NCBI GenBank assembly: GCA_964576115.1
Contig: CAZNUA010000003.1
Coordinates: 15,116-79,115, forward strand
Source of the DNA: an uncultured Gemmatimonadota bacterium
GTDB taxonomy: Bacteria > Blakebacterota > Blakebacteria > Blakebacterales > Blakebacteraceae
DNA length: 64,000 nt
Reading direction: 5' to 3'
Shown here: in pieces, positions 7,759 to 16,596 of the stretch
Layout of the letters: each line of letters starts with the position of its first letter
Numbering within the stretch: the first letter of the stretch is position 1
Position numbers and translations under genes: made by a program
The notes under the pieces: generated by a model
Database searches by the model: none
The model's input: the letters and a program-made list of their open reading frames with translations, nothing else
What the model was told of the DNA's origin: nothing

Positions 7759-9663
7759 ATGCACGACTTCACCGGTTTCGAGAAAATCCTCTTCATCGTT
7801 CTTCTCATCACGGCCGTGGCGGCCTTTCTCGTCAGCGCCGCCCGGCAATACCGGGTCATCAGGGCGGGGCGTCCCGATCCGGGGCGACTCGACGATATCG
7901 GCAGGAGACTGATCCGATTTCTGGCAGAAGTTCTCGGCCAGGCCCGGGTCATCGGGGGCCGACCCGTAGTCGGCACCCTGCACGCTCTGGTCTTCTTCGC
8001 CTTCATTTTCTTCATGCTCGAGACCACCAGTATGTTCGGCGAGCCTTTCGGACTGGCCTGGCTGCCGGCCCTGCTCGGCGGAACCGCCCTGGGTGTCCTG
8101 CGCTTTGTGGTCCACGTTTTTGCCGTACTCTGTGCGGTCGCGATGTTCGCCCTGACGGTCCGGCGCTTCCTGCTCGTGAAATACTCCCCCGATCCGAAGT
8201 CGTATGAGTCGGGCCTGGTGGCCCTGCTGATCATCCTGCTGATGTTGACCTATATCGATATCAATACCACCCATCTGGTGAGCGCGAAGGTGAACTGGTG
8301 GCTGCATGTCGTCATCATCCTGGGCTTCCCGCTCCTGATCCTGCATTCCAAGCACCGGCACATCTTCCTGGCCCCTTTTGCGGTTTTCCTGCGCCGCCCC
8401 CGGCTCTGGGATGTGCCGCCGCTCAACCTGGATTTCGAGTCGGTCGAGGACGAAGACGACATCGTTCTCGGGCTCGAAACGACGGCGGCCATGCCCTGGA
8501 AGCTCCGGCTCGATCTGCTGGCCTGTGTGGAGTGCAAGCGCTGCACCGACAACTGTCCCGCGGCCCAGGCCGGCCAGGACCTGCGCCCGGCAGATTTCAT
8601 CAAGGCGGGTCAGAAGGTTCTGCTTTCCGGTTCCGGGGATGAAGCCGTGATCGGCCCGATCATCACCGAAACCGCTCTCGGTCAGTGCACCAGCTGTATG
8701 GCGTGCGAGAACATCTGTCCGGTCGGAATCGAACACTCCCAGCTTCTGGCCGGGGCCAAGTACGCCCAGACCCTGGCGATCGGCACCGGTGGAGTGGCGA
8801 CCGAGTTCCTCAAAGCCATGAACAACACCGGCAATCCCTTCTCGGCCGCACCCGACGAACGGACCGACCTCATCACCGAACTCGAGATCCCGATGTATGA
8901 AGCGGGCCGAACCGAATACCTGCTCTGGCTCGGGTGTGTCTGGTCCTACAATCCCGATTTCCGCGGCACCGTCGAAGCGACGGTCACACTGCTGAAACGG
9001 GCCGGGATCTCCTTCGGGGTATTTCGCCGGGAGGCCTGCAGCGGACATCACTCCCGCCGGCAGGGAGAGGAGATGCAGTTCCAGATGCTGGCCGAAGAGA
9101 ACTGCGGGCAATTCATCGAGCAGGGGGTCGGGAAGATCGTGACCGGCTGTCCCCACTGCGTAAACACCTTCCGGCACGAGTATGCTCCCTGGCTGGGAGA
9201 GCATGCTATCGAGGTCCTCCACCACTCCGAGCTCTTCGCCCGGCTCGTGGCCGAGGGTTCGCTGAGCCTGAAGCGGGGGGGTGGCAACGGCGGCTCAGCC
9301 GGGAGCGGAGGGTCCGGGGCAGACGGTTCGGCCGGCCGCCGCCTGACCTATCACGATCCCTGCTACCTGGGCCGGTACGAGGGGGTCTTCGCCGAACCGC
9401 GCGCTCTGATCCGCGCCGCCGGGCATGACCTCGTCGAGACCGGGCAGAACCGGGCCCGTTCCTACTGCTGCGGGGGCGGGGCGGCCGGCTTCATGCTCGA
9501 GGCCGAAGGGGAGAACCGGGTCGACCAGGAACGCAAACGGCACCTCGAAGCCACCGGTGCCGATGCCCTGATCACCGCCTGCCCCGAGTGTCGCATGATG
9601 CTGGCCGGCACCCTCGACGAGACTTTCGATATCGCCGAGATCGTACTCGCGGCAGTGGAATAA
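7759..9663 (+). CDS. Membrane-anchored HdrD/DsrK-like (Fe-S)-binding CCG-domain oxidoreductase
   Basis: N-terminal ~220 aa has 5-6 TM helices with conserved His residues (possible heme b). It is followed by two 4Fe-4S motifs (CVECKRCTDNCP, CTSCMACENICP) and two CCG domains (CSGHH; PCYLG...YCCGGG), joined by a Gly/Ser linker. Confidence 0.7.
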   Translation: MHDFTGFEKILFIVLLITAVAAFLVSAARQYRVIRAGRPDPGRLDDIGRRLIRFLAEVLGQARVIGGRPVVGTLHALVFFAFIFFMLETTSMFGEPFGLAWLPALLGGTALGVLRFVVHVFAVLCAVAMFALTVRRFLLVKYSPDPKSYESGLVALLIILLMLTYIDINTTHLVSAKVNWWLHVVIILGFPLLILHSKHRHIFLAPFAVFLRRPRLWDVPPLNLDFESVEDEDDIVLGLETTAAMPWKLRLDLLACVECKRCTDNCPAAQAGQDLRPADFIKAGQKVLLSGSGDEAVIGPIITETALGQCTSCMACENICPVGIEHSQLLAGAKYAQTLAIGTGGVATEFLKAMNNTGNPFSAAPDERTDLITELEIPMYEAGRTEYLLWLGCVWSYNPDFRGTVEATVTLLKRAGISFGVFRREACSGHHSRRQGEEMQFQMLAEENCGQFIEQGVGKIVTGCPHCVNTFRHEYAPWLGEHAIEVLHHSELFARLVAEGSLSLKRGGGNGGSAGSGGSGADGSAGRRLTYHDPCYLGRYEGVFAEPRALIRAAGHDLVETGQNRARSYCCGGGAAGFMLEAEGENRVDQERKRHLEATGADALITACPECRMMLAGTLDETFDIAEIVLAAVE

Positions 9664-9702
9664 ACCCGCCGCCGCCCTTGACAAATCAAGCGTACCCTGT
9701 AA

Positions 9703-9722
9703 CTTACTTAACGTTAAGTAAG
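9703..9722. promoter_or_regulatory. 20-bp perfect palindrome CTTACTTAAC-GTTAAGTAAG ~20 bp downstream of a TTGACA hexamer (9678-9683); putative TetR operator
   Basis: Read directly; the sequence is self-complementary. It lies 170 bp upstream of the TetR-family gene start. Confidence 0.5.
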
Positions 9723-9894
9723 CACATGTCTCACAGGCCCCGGCCGGCTCCGGACCGCTCCCGGCCGGCTCCGGATTGCTCCCGCCCGCTCCCGCCCAAT
9801 GCAAGCCGGTGGACCGAGAAACAACCGGGAAAGGGAAGAGCCCGGAAATGGAGAGCCGGATCGGCAGACCGGACTCAGAGGAAGGACCGACCGC

Positions 9895-10530
9895 ATGGAT
9901 ACGAAACAGACTCTTGTCCGCGAGGCCCTGCTGCTCTTTCTGCAACGGGGTTACGACACCGTCACTCTGACCGAAATTGCCGCCCGGGTGGGTATCACCA
10001 AACCGGCTATCTATTACCATTTCAGGAACAAGGAGGAACTGGCCGAGGGGGTTCTGGACCATTTCACTCAGGTCATGACCGCCTGGAGCCGGGCCCGTTT
10101 CGGGGGATGTACAACCGCCCGGGAACTGGTCGAGGCATTTATCACTTCGTGGCAGGATTTCGCCCGGGTCGAACGGATTCTGACCAGCGATGAGACGGGT
10201 GTTGATGAACCGGGGGGGGATGAGATCGGGGCCGATGATGCGGGCGGGAGCTTTATCGATTTCGTTACCAGCGCGGCCCGAAGCCAGCCGCGTTTTCGGC
10301 AACGGCTGGGGGAAATCTTCGCCGCCACCCGGCACAACCTGGCCGAGAGCTTCCGGGCCGGTCAGGAGGCGGGTGAGATCAGAACCGATCTCGATCCCGA
10401 CCTGGCGGCGCTACACCTTCACGCCCTGATCGAGGGAATGAGTTTTCTCGACGGCTTCGGAGCGGTCCCCACGGGACCAGAGACGGCTGCCGCTCTCTTT
10501 ACCCGGGTGTGGGAGGGATTACAGGCATGA
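9895..10530 (+). CDS. TetR/AcrR-family transcriptional regulator
   Basis: HTH signature TVTLTEIAARVGITKPAIYYHFRNKEEL. Start set at MDTKQ. Confidence 0.8.
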   Translation: MDTKQTLVREALLLFLQRGYDTVTLTEIAARVGITKPAIYYHFRNKEELAEGVLDHFTQVMTAWSRARFGGCTTARELVEAFITSWQDFARVERILTSDETGVDEPGGDEIGADDAGGSFIDFVTSAARSQPRFRQRLGEIFAATRHNLAESFRAGQEAGEIRTDLDPDLAALHLHALIEGMSFLDGFGAVPTGPETAAALFTRVWEGLQA

Positions 10531-11348
10531 ACGACATACTCGATACCGGTTTGCTTTCGAACGAAAATGGGGCCAGCGCTCGGTCTGATACAAGCGGTGC
10601 CACCGCCGGACGCTCGCGGCCGGTTGTGGCTCTGGTAGCAACTGTCGTCGTCTATACCCTTGCGGTCTTCGTCATCCCCGACCTGTCCCCGCTCAGAGCC
10701 CTCACGAGGGCTCTGCCATGGCTGACCGGGGGGATCATCACCCAGACGGTGCTTCTGCTCTCGGCTCTGCTGCTGATGCGCCTGCTCGGCCGCCGGCCGT
10801 GGCACATGTACGGCTTTCGCTCAGTTCGTCCGGGCTTGCTTCTGGCTCCGCTCGCGGGTGCGGTCGGGGTCGCCCTGGCCGGCCTGGTCGTGGCCGCGAT
10901 CCTGACCCGGTTCCTGCCCGGCCCCGGCCCGGGGACCGGGCAGGAGGGCGGTCTGCACCCGGCTGCGCGGCAGGGCATGGTGCATATCGTCCTCGCCGTC
11001 TGGCTCTACGCCAGCCTGTGCGAAGAGGTGCTCTATCGCGGCTGGCTGCAGAGCGAGCTGGATGTCTGGAAGCGGGGTGAGAGACACCCCGCCTTTTCGA
11101 TCCCGGTCCTCGTCCCCGCCCTCCTGTTCAGTCTGGGCCACCTCTGCCTGATTTCCTCCTTCGGTCCGGGCATGCTCCTGACGGTTCTGCTCACCACCTT
11201 CGGGATCGGCTGGCTGGCCGGGTATCACCGGCAGAAGACGCAGAGTCTGCTGCCGGCTTACCTGGTGCACCTGACGGCCAATGTGGTCGGTTCGGGGCTA
11301 CCCCTGTTGATGGGCCGTCTGATGGGGGGGGGGCCCGGCTCACCCTGA
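10527..11348 (+). CDS. CPBP-family intramembrane glutamic endopeptidase (CAAX protease-like)
   Basis: Motifs EEVLYRG, FSLGH and HLTAN on a multi-TM scaffold. ATGA start/stop overlap with the TetR gene. Confidence 0.75.
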   Translation: MNDILDTGLLSNENGASARSDTSGATAGRSRPVVALVATVVVYTLAVFVIPDLSPLRALTRALPWLTGGIITQTVLLLSALLLMRLLGRRPWHMYGFRSVRPGLLLAPLAGAVGVALAGLVVAAILTRFLPGPGPGTGQEGGLHPAARQGMVHIVLAVWLYASLCEEVLYRGWLQSELDVWKRGERHPAFSIPVLVPALLFSLGHLCLISSFGPGMLLTVLLTTFGIGWLAGYHRQKTQSLLPAYLVHLTANVVGSGLPLLMGRLMGGGPGSP

Positions 11349-11356
11349 ATAAAGAA

Positions 11357-11380
11357 AGGGGCGCCCCAAGGGGCGCCCCT
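11357..11380. terminator. GC-rich hairpin AGGGGCGCCCC-AA-GGGGCGCCCCT; rho-independent terminator for the minus-strand lipoprotein gene and a stem-loop after the CPBP gene
   Basis: 11-bp perfect stem. On the minus-strand transcript it is followed by a UUUCUUUAUU tract. Sits between convergent genes. Confidence 0.6.
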
Positions 11381-11403
11381 GCGCTTGAGGACCTCCAGAG
11401 ACC

Positions 11404-13383
11404 TCAGCGGCTTGGTGGAACCAGGGTGATGCTCAGAGTAGCGCACTCATCTTCATTGTCTTCGTTGAAGTCGTGGCTGTCGTCGTTGCTGAAGAGCGAG
11501 AAGGTGCCGGTGCCGAGGGTGTATTGGAAGGCTGACTTCCAGCCGTCGGCGTTGTCGGTGATGATGACCATATCGCCGAAGATCTCGACCGTGCCGGTGC
11601 CGTTGTCGACCGATTCGCCGGGGAAGGCTATCGAGAACGACATGGTACCGTCGCTGGCGATGTCGATCGAGAAAGAGCCGCCCTCACCGACCATGTCGTA
11701 GATGTCGGCCGGATTGTCGATGCTGGTCAAGAGGAACTGGCTGGCCATCCAGGTGCCGGTGAAATCGCCGATGGTGGCGGGGGTGGTGCTCGAGAAGACG
11801 ATCTCGAGCACGGCGCCCTCATCGTCATAGCCCATCTGACTGAAATCCCAGTGATCGGGCTTGCGGATGGTCCAGGTGCTCCCGCTCACATCGCTCCACA
11901 TGTACTGCGTCCCCGGCTCGCCGACAATGGTGACCATGAGCAGGTCGCCGAAGAGAGCGGTGGTGCCGCTCTGGATCTCAAACGAGTCGCAGGGCCCGGC
12001 CATGAGCATCTGGAAGCTGCCGTCGCTTTCGGCCACCATGGTCGCCATGGCGTGGTTGGCGACCATGTCGAAGGTTTCCCCGACTCCATCGCCGGTGTAG
12101 GTCCAGGCGGTAGCCGTCCAGGAGCCGGCGTAGTCGCTCACCACGCCTGGGGTGATCATTTCAATCGTGATTTCTACATAGGCGGGGTCGTCGACATTGT
12201 CATTATCCCAGTCGTACGATTCGCCCATGCCCCGAAGGTTGACGGTGGAACCGTCGACGGTGGCCTGAAGGACGGTGTCTTCATCTTCGTCGGTGAAGTC
12301 CAGGATCAGAATGTTCCCGACGACGCTCATGGCGGCCGTTTCGGTCTCGACGCCGGTGGTGTCGTCCTCATCGGGTCTGGAGAGGTGGATAATGGTGAAG
12401 GAACCACCGGCTCCGATCTCGATGGTGGAGGCGATATCGGGGGTTTCGCTGAAGCTCTGAGCCGCATTGTCAGGGTTTTTGAGAACGAACGACGTCAGGC
12501 TGTAGTACCCCGCCAGCGAGGTCAGGCTCAGTTCGGTGATCGGCACCAGGTTGATGGTCACCACGGCGGGCAGCTCGGTGTCGCCCCCGAAATTATAGGT
12601 CACGTCGCTGCGGGTCAGGGTGATGTCGGTCCCGACGACCTGCAGGGCGCTGGTACCGTCGCCTTCAGTGCCGGGGAAGTCGACGAAAAGGCTGTCACCG
12701 CCACTGACCAGGGTGCTGGTTCCGGTCTGTACCTGGGCTCCTCCCTCATCGCCGGGGAATCCCATGACGACGGTGGTATTGCCGGCGACATCCAGTTTCA
12801 GGGTGAAGAATCCGCCCATGGCGATCAGGTCCTCGCTGCCGTGCACGCCGCTGGGATCGCTCCAGACGAAGTGAGTGGCCTTGAAGGAACCGGCCAGGTC
12901 GGAGAGATCGAGATCACCGCTGTCCTCGGGGTGCTGGAAGACCATCACTTCGGTGGCTGTTTCATCGGTACCGTCGTCGTTGAAGTCGAAAGATGAGTTG
13001 GTGTAGGTGATGGTCAGGATCTCACCCACCATCAGGTAGGACATCGTCATGGTTTCCGTGTTGGTCGTCAGGGTCAGGGTCGTGTCATCGGCCTCGACCG
13101 TCCCCGAATCCGACCACGATCCGCTCGAATCGACGAAGGCAACCGAAAAATCGCCGTCGGCCTCGATCACGAGGGTGGTCCGTCCCCCGGCGGCATAGAG
13201 ATCGACCTGCTGCGAGGTATTGGCGTTGTTGGTGATGACGTGCTGTGTCGTCACCCAGGTGCCGACCAGAGCGTCGAGATTGCCTGTGTCTTCTTCATCC
13301 TGCGGGAGAAGTTCATCGCACGCGCCTGCGAAGACAACTACGAGCAGGAGAGCCAGGATGAGGGAAAGGCGCCGGGAAAGCAT
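11404..13383 (-). CDS. Large acidic lipoprotein built from five tandem ~115-130-aa modules, each opening with a GxW/GxF/GxY (lipocalin-like) motif
   Basis: Signal plus lipobox LLLVVVFAGAC. Internal repeats start at GTWVTTQH, GSFKATHF, GYYSLTSF, GSWTATAW and GTWMASQF, and each ends in an acidic D(F/W)N(D/E)D-type tail. Start set at MLSRRLSL. Confidence 0.6.
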   Translation of the reverse strand: MLSRRLSLILALLLVVVFAGACDELLPQDEEDTGNLDALVGTWVTTQHVITNNANTSQQVDLYAAGGRTTLVIEADGDFSVAFVDSSGSWSDSGTVEADDTTLTLTTNTETMTMSYLMVGEILTITYTNSSFDFNDDGTDETATEVMVFQHPEDSGDLDLSDLAGSFKATHFVWSDPSGVHGSEDLIAMGGFFTLKLDVAGNTTVVMGFPGDEGGAQVQTGTSTLVSGGDSLFVDFPGTEGDGTSALQVVGTDITLTRSDVTYNFGGDTELPAVVTINLVPITELSLTSLAGYYSLTSFVLKNPDNAAQSFSETPDIASTIEIGAGGSFTIIHLSRPDEDDTTGVETETAAMSVVGNILILDFTDEDEDTVLQATVDGSTVNLRGMGESYDWDNDNVDDPAYVEITIEMITPGVVSDYAGSWTATAWTYTGDGVGETFDMVANHAMATMVAESDGSFQMLMAGPCDSFEIQSGTTALFGDLLMVTIVGEPGTQYMWSDVSGSTWTIRKPDHWDFSQMGYDDEGAVLEIVFSSTTPATIGDFTGTWMASQFLLTSIDNPADIYDMVGEGGSFSIDIASDGTMSFSIAFPGESVDNGTGTVEIFGDMVIITDNADGWKSAFQYTLGTGTFSLFSNDDSHDFNEDNEDECATLSITLVPPSR

Positions 13384-13569
13384 GAGTTCCTCCTCAAGGA
13401 ATCTGCGTCTGCTAGTAAAAGGAGCGCGCACGCGCACCTTCCGGGACCGACAGGTCAAAGGCTGGCTGGCTGTTCCCGTACGGGCCCCGGGAACTGAGGA
13501 CTACCCTCAAAGAGTCGTCATTGTCGGGCTCTGTGTCAAGAACGCCTTCAGTGGTTTTCTGAGTCACAG

Positions 13570-14756
13570 TCAGTCGTTATTAGAGCGATAGATCGCCACC
13601 AGCTCGAGCAGTACTTCCCGGGCGATTTGGCCCAGGTTGGTGGCTCCGGAATTGTAGTTGCGCATCAGGACCACGCTGAGTCCACTCTCGGGCTCGAAGA
13701 GCAGATGCGCGGTATACCCGGACACAGAGCCCCCGTGCCCGGCCAGCAGAATTCCGTCGGGAGTGCGGTAGAGAGAGAAGCCCAGTCCATACCCGGTTAC
13801 CGCGCTCCCGGCGTCTGCTCCGACTTCACGCTCGGGGGTCTGAAAGCTCAGCATTTCGGCCCGGGCCTCCTCGCTCAGGATGGCCCGGCGGCTGAATCCG
13901 CTCACGGCGGCCGCAAATCGAGCCAGGTCGCCGACGGTGGAGTAAATACCGCCGTTGGGAACTTTGTAGCCCCGACCGGCATGCTCGCGGGCGGGCCGTT
14001 CGCTGTCCACCTCGCCGCGCCGGTTGTTGGCGTAACCGACTGCGAGCCGTTCGGCGAGTTCGGGGGTGATGATGAATGTGCTGCCGGTCATGTTCAGGGG
14101 ATCGAAGATATTTGCCTCCACGAGCTGCATGAACCCGATTCCGGCCGCCCGGGAGATGGTCAGCCCCAGGATCCCGAAACCGATATTGGAGTACGAGTAT
14201 TCCTCACCGGGAGCCGAGCGGAAGGCCGTGGTCGGGATCGAGGCCAGAATCTTCTCCTCCCAGCCGGAGATCGGTCCGGCGGCCGCTCCCTCCAGACGGG
14301 GCTCGCGGATCAGGCCGGCGGTATGGCTGGCCAGTTGACGAAAGGTAATCGGCGCCGTGCCGGGAGGGCGTTCGGCCAGATCGGCCAGGGCGGGCAGATG
14401 CTCTACGGCGGTTCTGTCGAGATCGATGACACCGGCGTCCACGAGCTGCATCAGGGCTACGGCCGTGAAGGATTTCGAGATCGAACCGGTTCGGTAAATC
14501 ATGTCGGGCCGGGCGGGGATCCCGTGTCCGGCATCAGCCAGACCGAACCCGCGCTCCCAGATCGCCCGTTCGCCCCGGCTCACCGCGGCGACGATACTGC
14601 CGATCGAATCAGCCGCAACATCGGCGGCCAGGCGTTCACCGAAGCGTTGCAGAACGGGTTCGAACTCGGGCCAGCTGCGGCTGCAGCCGGCCAGGGCAAC
14701 CAACAGCAGGCCGAGACACCAGGCTCTCGTTGCCCCAAACGCGGCTCGGGGCACAA
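13570..14756 (-). CDS. Serine hydrolase of the beta-lactamase/PBP (class C-like) family, probable lipoprotein; start uncertain (no ATG near the signal peptide)
   Basis: Active-site SISKSF (S-x-x-K) and a later YSN motif. Signal plus lipobox LGLLLVALAGC. A GTG start near 14754 is inferred; the longer ORF to 15048 is Arg-rich and unlikely to be translated. Confidence 0.65.
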
Positions 14757-15034
14757 GGTGTCCCCGTCCTCGTCCGTGAGGAAAGATGCGAATTTCCGGT
14801 TGCACTGCGGACTCCTTGCTCCGGTGGGCTCGTCTTGACCGCTGTCGATCGGGAACCCTACCATCGGGTGCCGTCAGACGCGGGCCTGTTTGTATCGAGC
14901 CTATGATGGTCGCCCGGCGATGTCCAGTAATCGGACCGGTCCGGTTCGGTCCGGTTCGATCAAAAGCACGGGCACGGGCGACACCTGTTGCGGGACCGGT
15001 CGTTGGTTCGCAGTACGGTCGCCGGAGAAGGCTG

Positions 15035-15943
15035 ATGAACCCAGACAACGACGCTGTTATTACGGCCGTGTTCGGCGAGCTGGTCGAGCTCGATTTCTCC
15101 GACGGGCGGCGTGCCGCCGCCTTCCGGGCACGGAGTGCGGGCGAAGTCGTGGTCGGCGACCGGGTCAGGGTCCAGCGGGTGGGACCTGAGGGAGCGGATT
15201 CGGACGAGATCGGCTGGCGGGTGATGGAGAGCCGCGAACGGGAGCACTGTCTCTGGCGCTCGTCGCGCCGTCATGCCGCCCAGCTCGTGGTGGCCAATGT
15301 CGACCGGATCGCTGTCGTCACAGCCTGCGATCGCGAACCGCGACGGGGCCTGATTGACCGTTATCTGGTCACCGCCGAGTTCGCGGCGATCAGCGCCGTT
15401 TTGATCCTGAACAAGACCGATCTGCCCGAGGCCGACGACATCGCTGGCAGGCTCGAGATCTACCGCCGGCTGGGCTACGAACTGTTCGCGACCAGCGCGC
15501 TGACCGGGGAGGGAATCGAGGTTCTCGGTACCCATCTGGGATCGGGAATCAGCGTTCTGGTCGGCCATTCCGGAGTCGGCAAGAGCACCCTGCTCAACCT
15601 TCTGGTTCCCGGGGCCGATCTGCGCACCCGCGAGATGAGTACGGCCACCGGCAAGGGCCGACACACCACCAGCGTGGTCACCGCCCACCGCTACGGTAGC
15701 GGTCTGCTGGTGGATACGCCGGGAATCCGGGAGTTCGGACTGGTGGGTGTCGAACCGGAGACGCTCGTCGACGGCTTCCGTGAATTCGCTGCGGTGACCG
15801 GTACCTGCCGCTTTACGGACTGTGCTCACCGGACCGAACCGGGGTGTGCGATCAGGGAAGCAGTCGAAGACGGCCGGATAGATCGGGAGCGCTACGACTC
15901 CTACCTGCGGATCAGGACCAGTCTGGAGGCCGGCGAACGGTAA
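15035..15943 (+). CDS. rsgA: Ribosome small-subunit-dependent GTPase A (RsgA/YjeQ)
   Basis: Circularly permuted GTPase motifs NKTDL...VGHSGVGKSTLLN...DTPG, an OB-fold N-terminus and a C-terminal zinc site CRFTDCAHRTEPGC. Start at the ATG at 15035. Confidence 0.85.
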   Translation: MNPDNDAVITAVFGELVELDFSDGRRAAAFRARSAGEVVVGDRVRVQRVGPEGADSDEIGWRVMESREREHCLWRSSRRHAAQLVVANVDRIAVVTACDREPRRGLIDRYLVTAEFAAISAVLILNKTDLPEADDIAGRLEIYRRLGYELFATSALTGEGIEVLGTHLGSGISVLVGHSGVGKSTLLNLLVPGADLRTREMSTATGKGRHTTSVVTAHRYGSGLLVDTPGIREFGLVGVEPETLVDGFREFAAVTGTCRFTDCAHRTEPGCAIREAVEDGRIDRERYDSYLRIRTSLEAGER

Positions 15944-15976
15944 GAGGCACAGATCGGCTCGCAGGACAGGTGCCGG

Positions 15977-16587
15977 CTACACTCCCGCTTCGGCGTGGGT
16001 GATGTGATTGGCACAATCGGTGCACAGCCCGGGCAGCTCGATGCGCTCGTCCCGCAACCGGCAGTGAAAGATTCTCTCCTCCCACGAAACGGGTTCGAAA
16101 AACGCACACGAGACGCACATGCATTCGGCCGGATTGTGACCGTCCTCGATCTGCTTGTAGAGCAGATGGGTCAGGGTGGCGAGCAGATTGAGTTGCTCCT
16201 TGTCGTCGAGGGAGGCGATGACTTCCTCGATCGGATCGGCCCACGCCATGAGTTTTTCAGCGGTGCGTTTGCCCTTCGGGGTGAGCCGGAAGTACGCCAC
16301 CCGGCCGTCCTCTTCACTCTTGCGCCGGGTGAGGTAACCCTTGCGTACCAGCGCTTTCAGGCTGTCGCTGATCGTCGGCGGAGTGAGCTGCAGGGTATCC
16401 GCCAGAGCGCCCACCGTTCCCCCGTTACCCTCGGTGCCGTGCAGCTGGATCAGCAGCGACGCCTGCAGAGTCGGCAAATCGTGTTTGCGGGCCAGGTGGG
16501 TGCGGCTGTTCAGGGCCGCCCGTCCGCTTTCGATGAAGGTCAGCGCGATGCGGGCCGAGAGGCTTTCAGCCCGGTGATCGGCATCAA
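15977..16587 (-). CDS. MarR-family regulator with a C-terminal Cys-rich extension
   Basis: wHTH core LQLTPPTISDSLKALVRKGYLTRRKSEEDGRVAYFRLTPKG, followed by ECMCVSCAFF...HCRLRDERIELPGLCTDCANH (7 Cys, 2 His). Confidence 0.7.
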
Positions 16588-16596
16588 AAACAGCCA

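Noticed and set aside
7681-9225. 514-aa ORF on the minus strand
   Set aside because: Antisense to the CCG Fe-S protein gene, which has unmistakable CxxCxxCxxxCP and CCG motifs.
13627-14838. 403-aa ORF on the plus strand
   Set aside because: Antisense to the serine-hydrolase gene, whose SISK active site is on the minus strand.
14757-15048. N-terminal ~100-codon extension of the serine-hydrolase ORF
   Set aside because: It is Arg/Pro-rich and precedes the signal peptide, so a GTG start near 14754 is more plausible. It would also collide with the rsgA promoter region.
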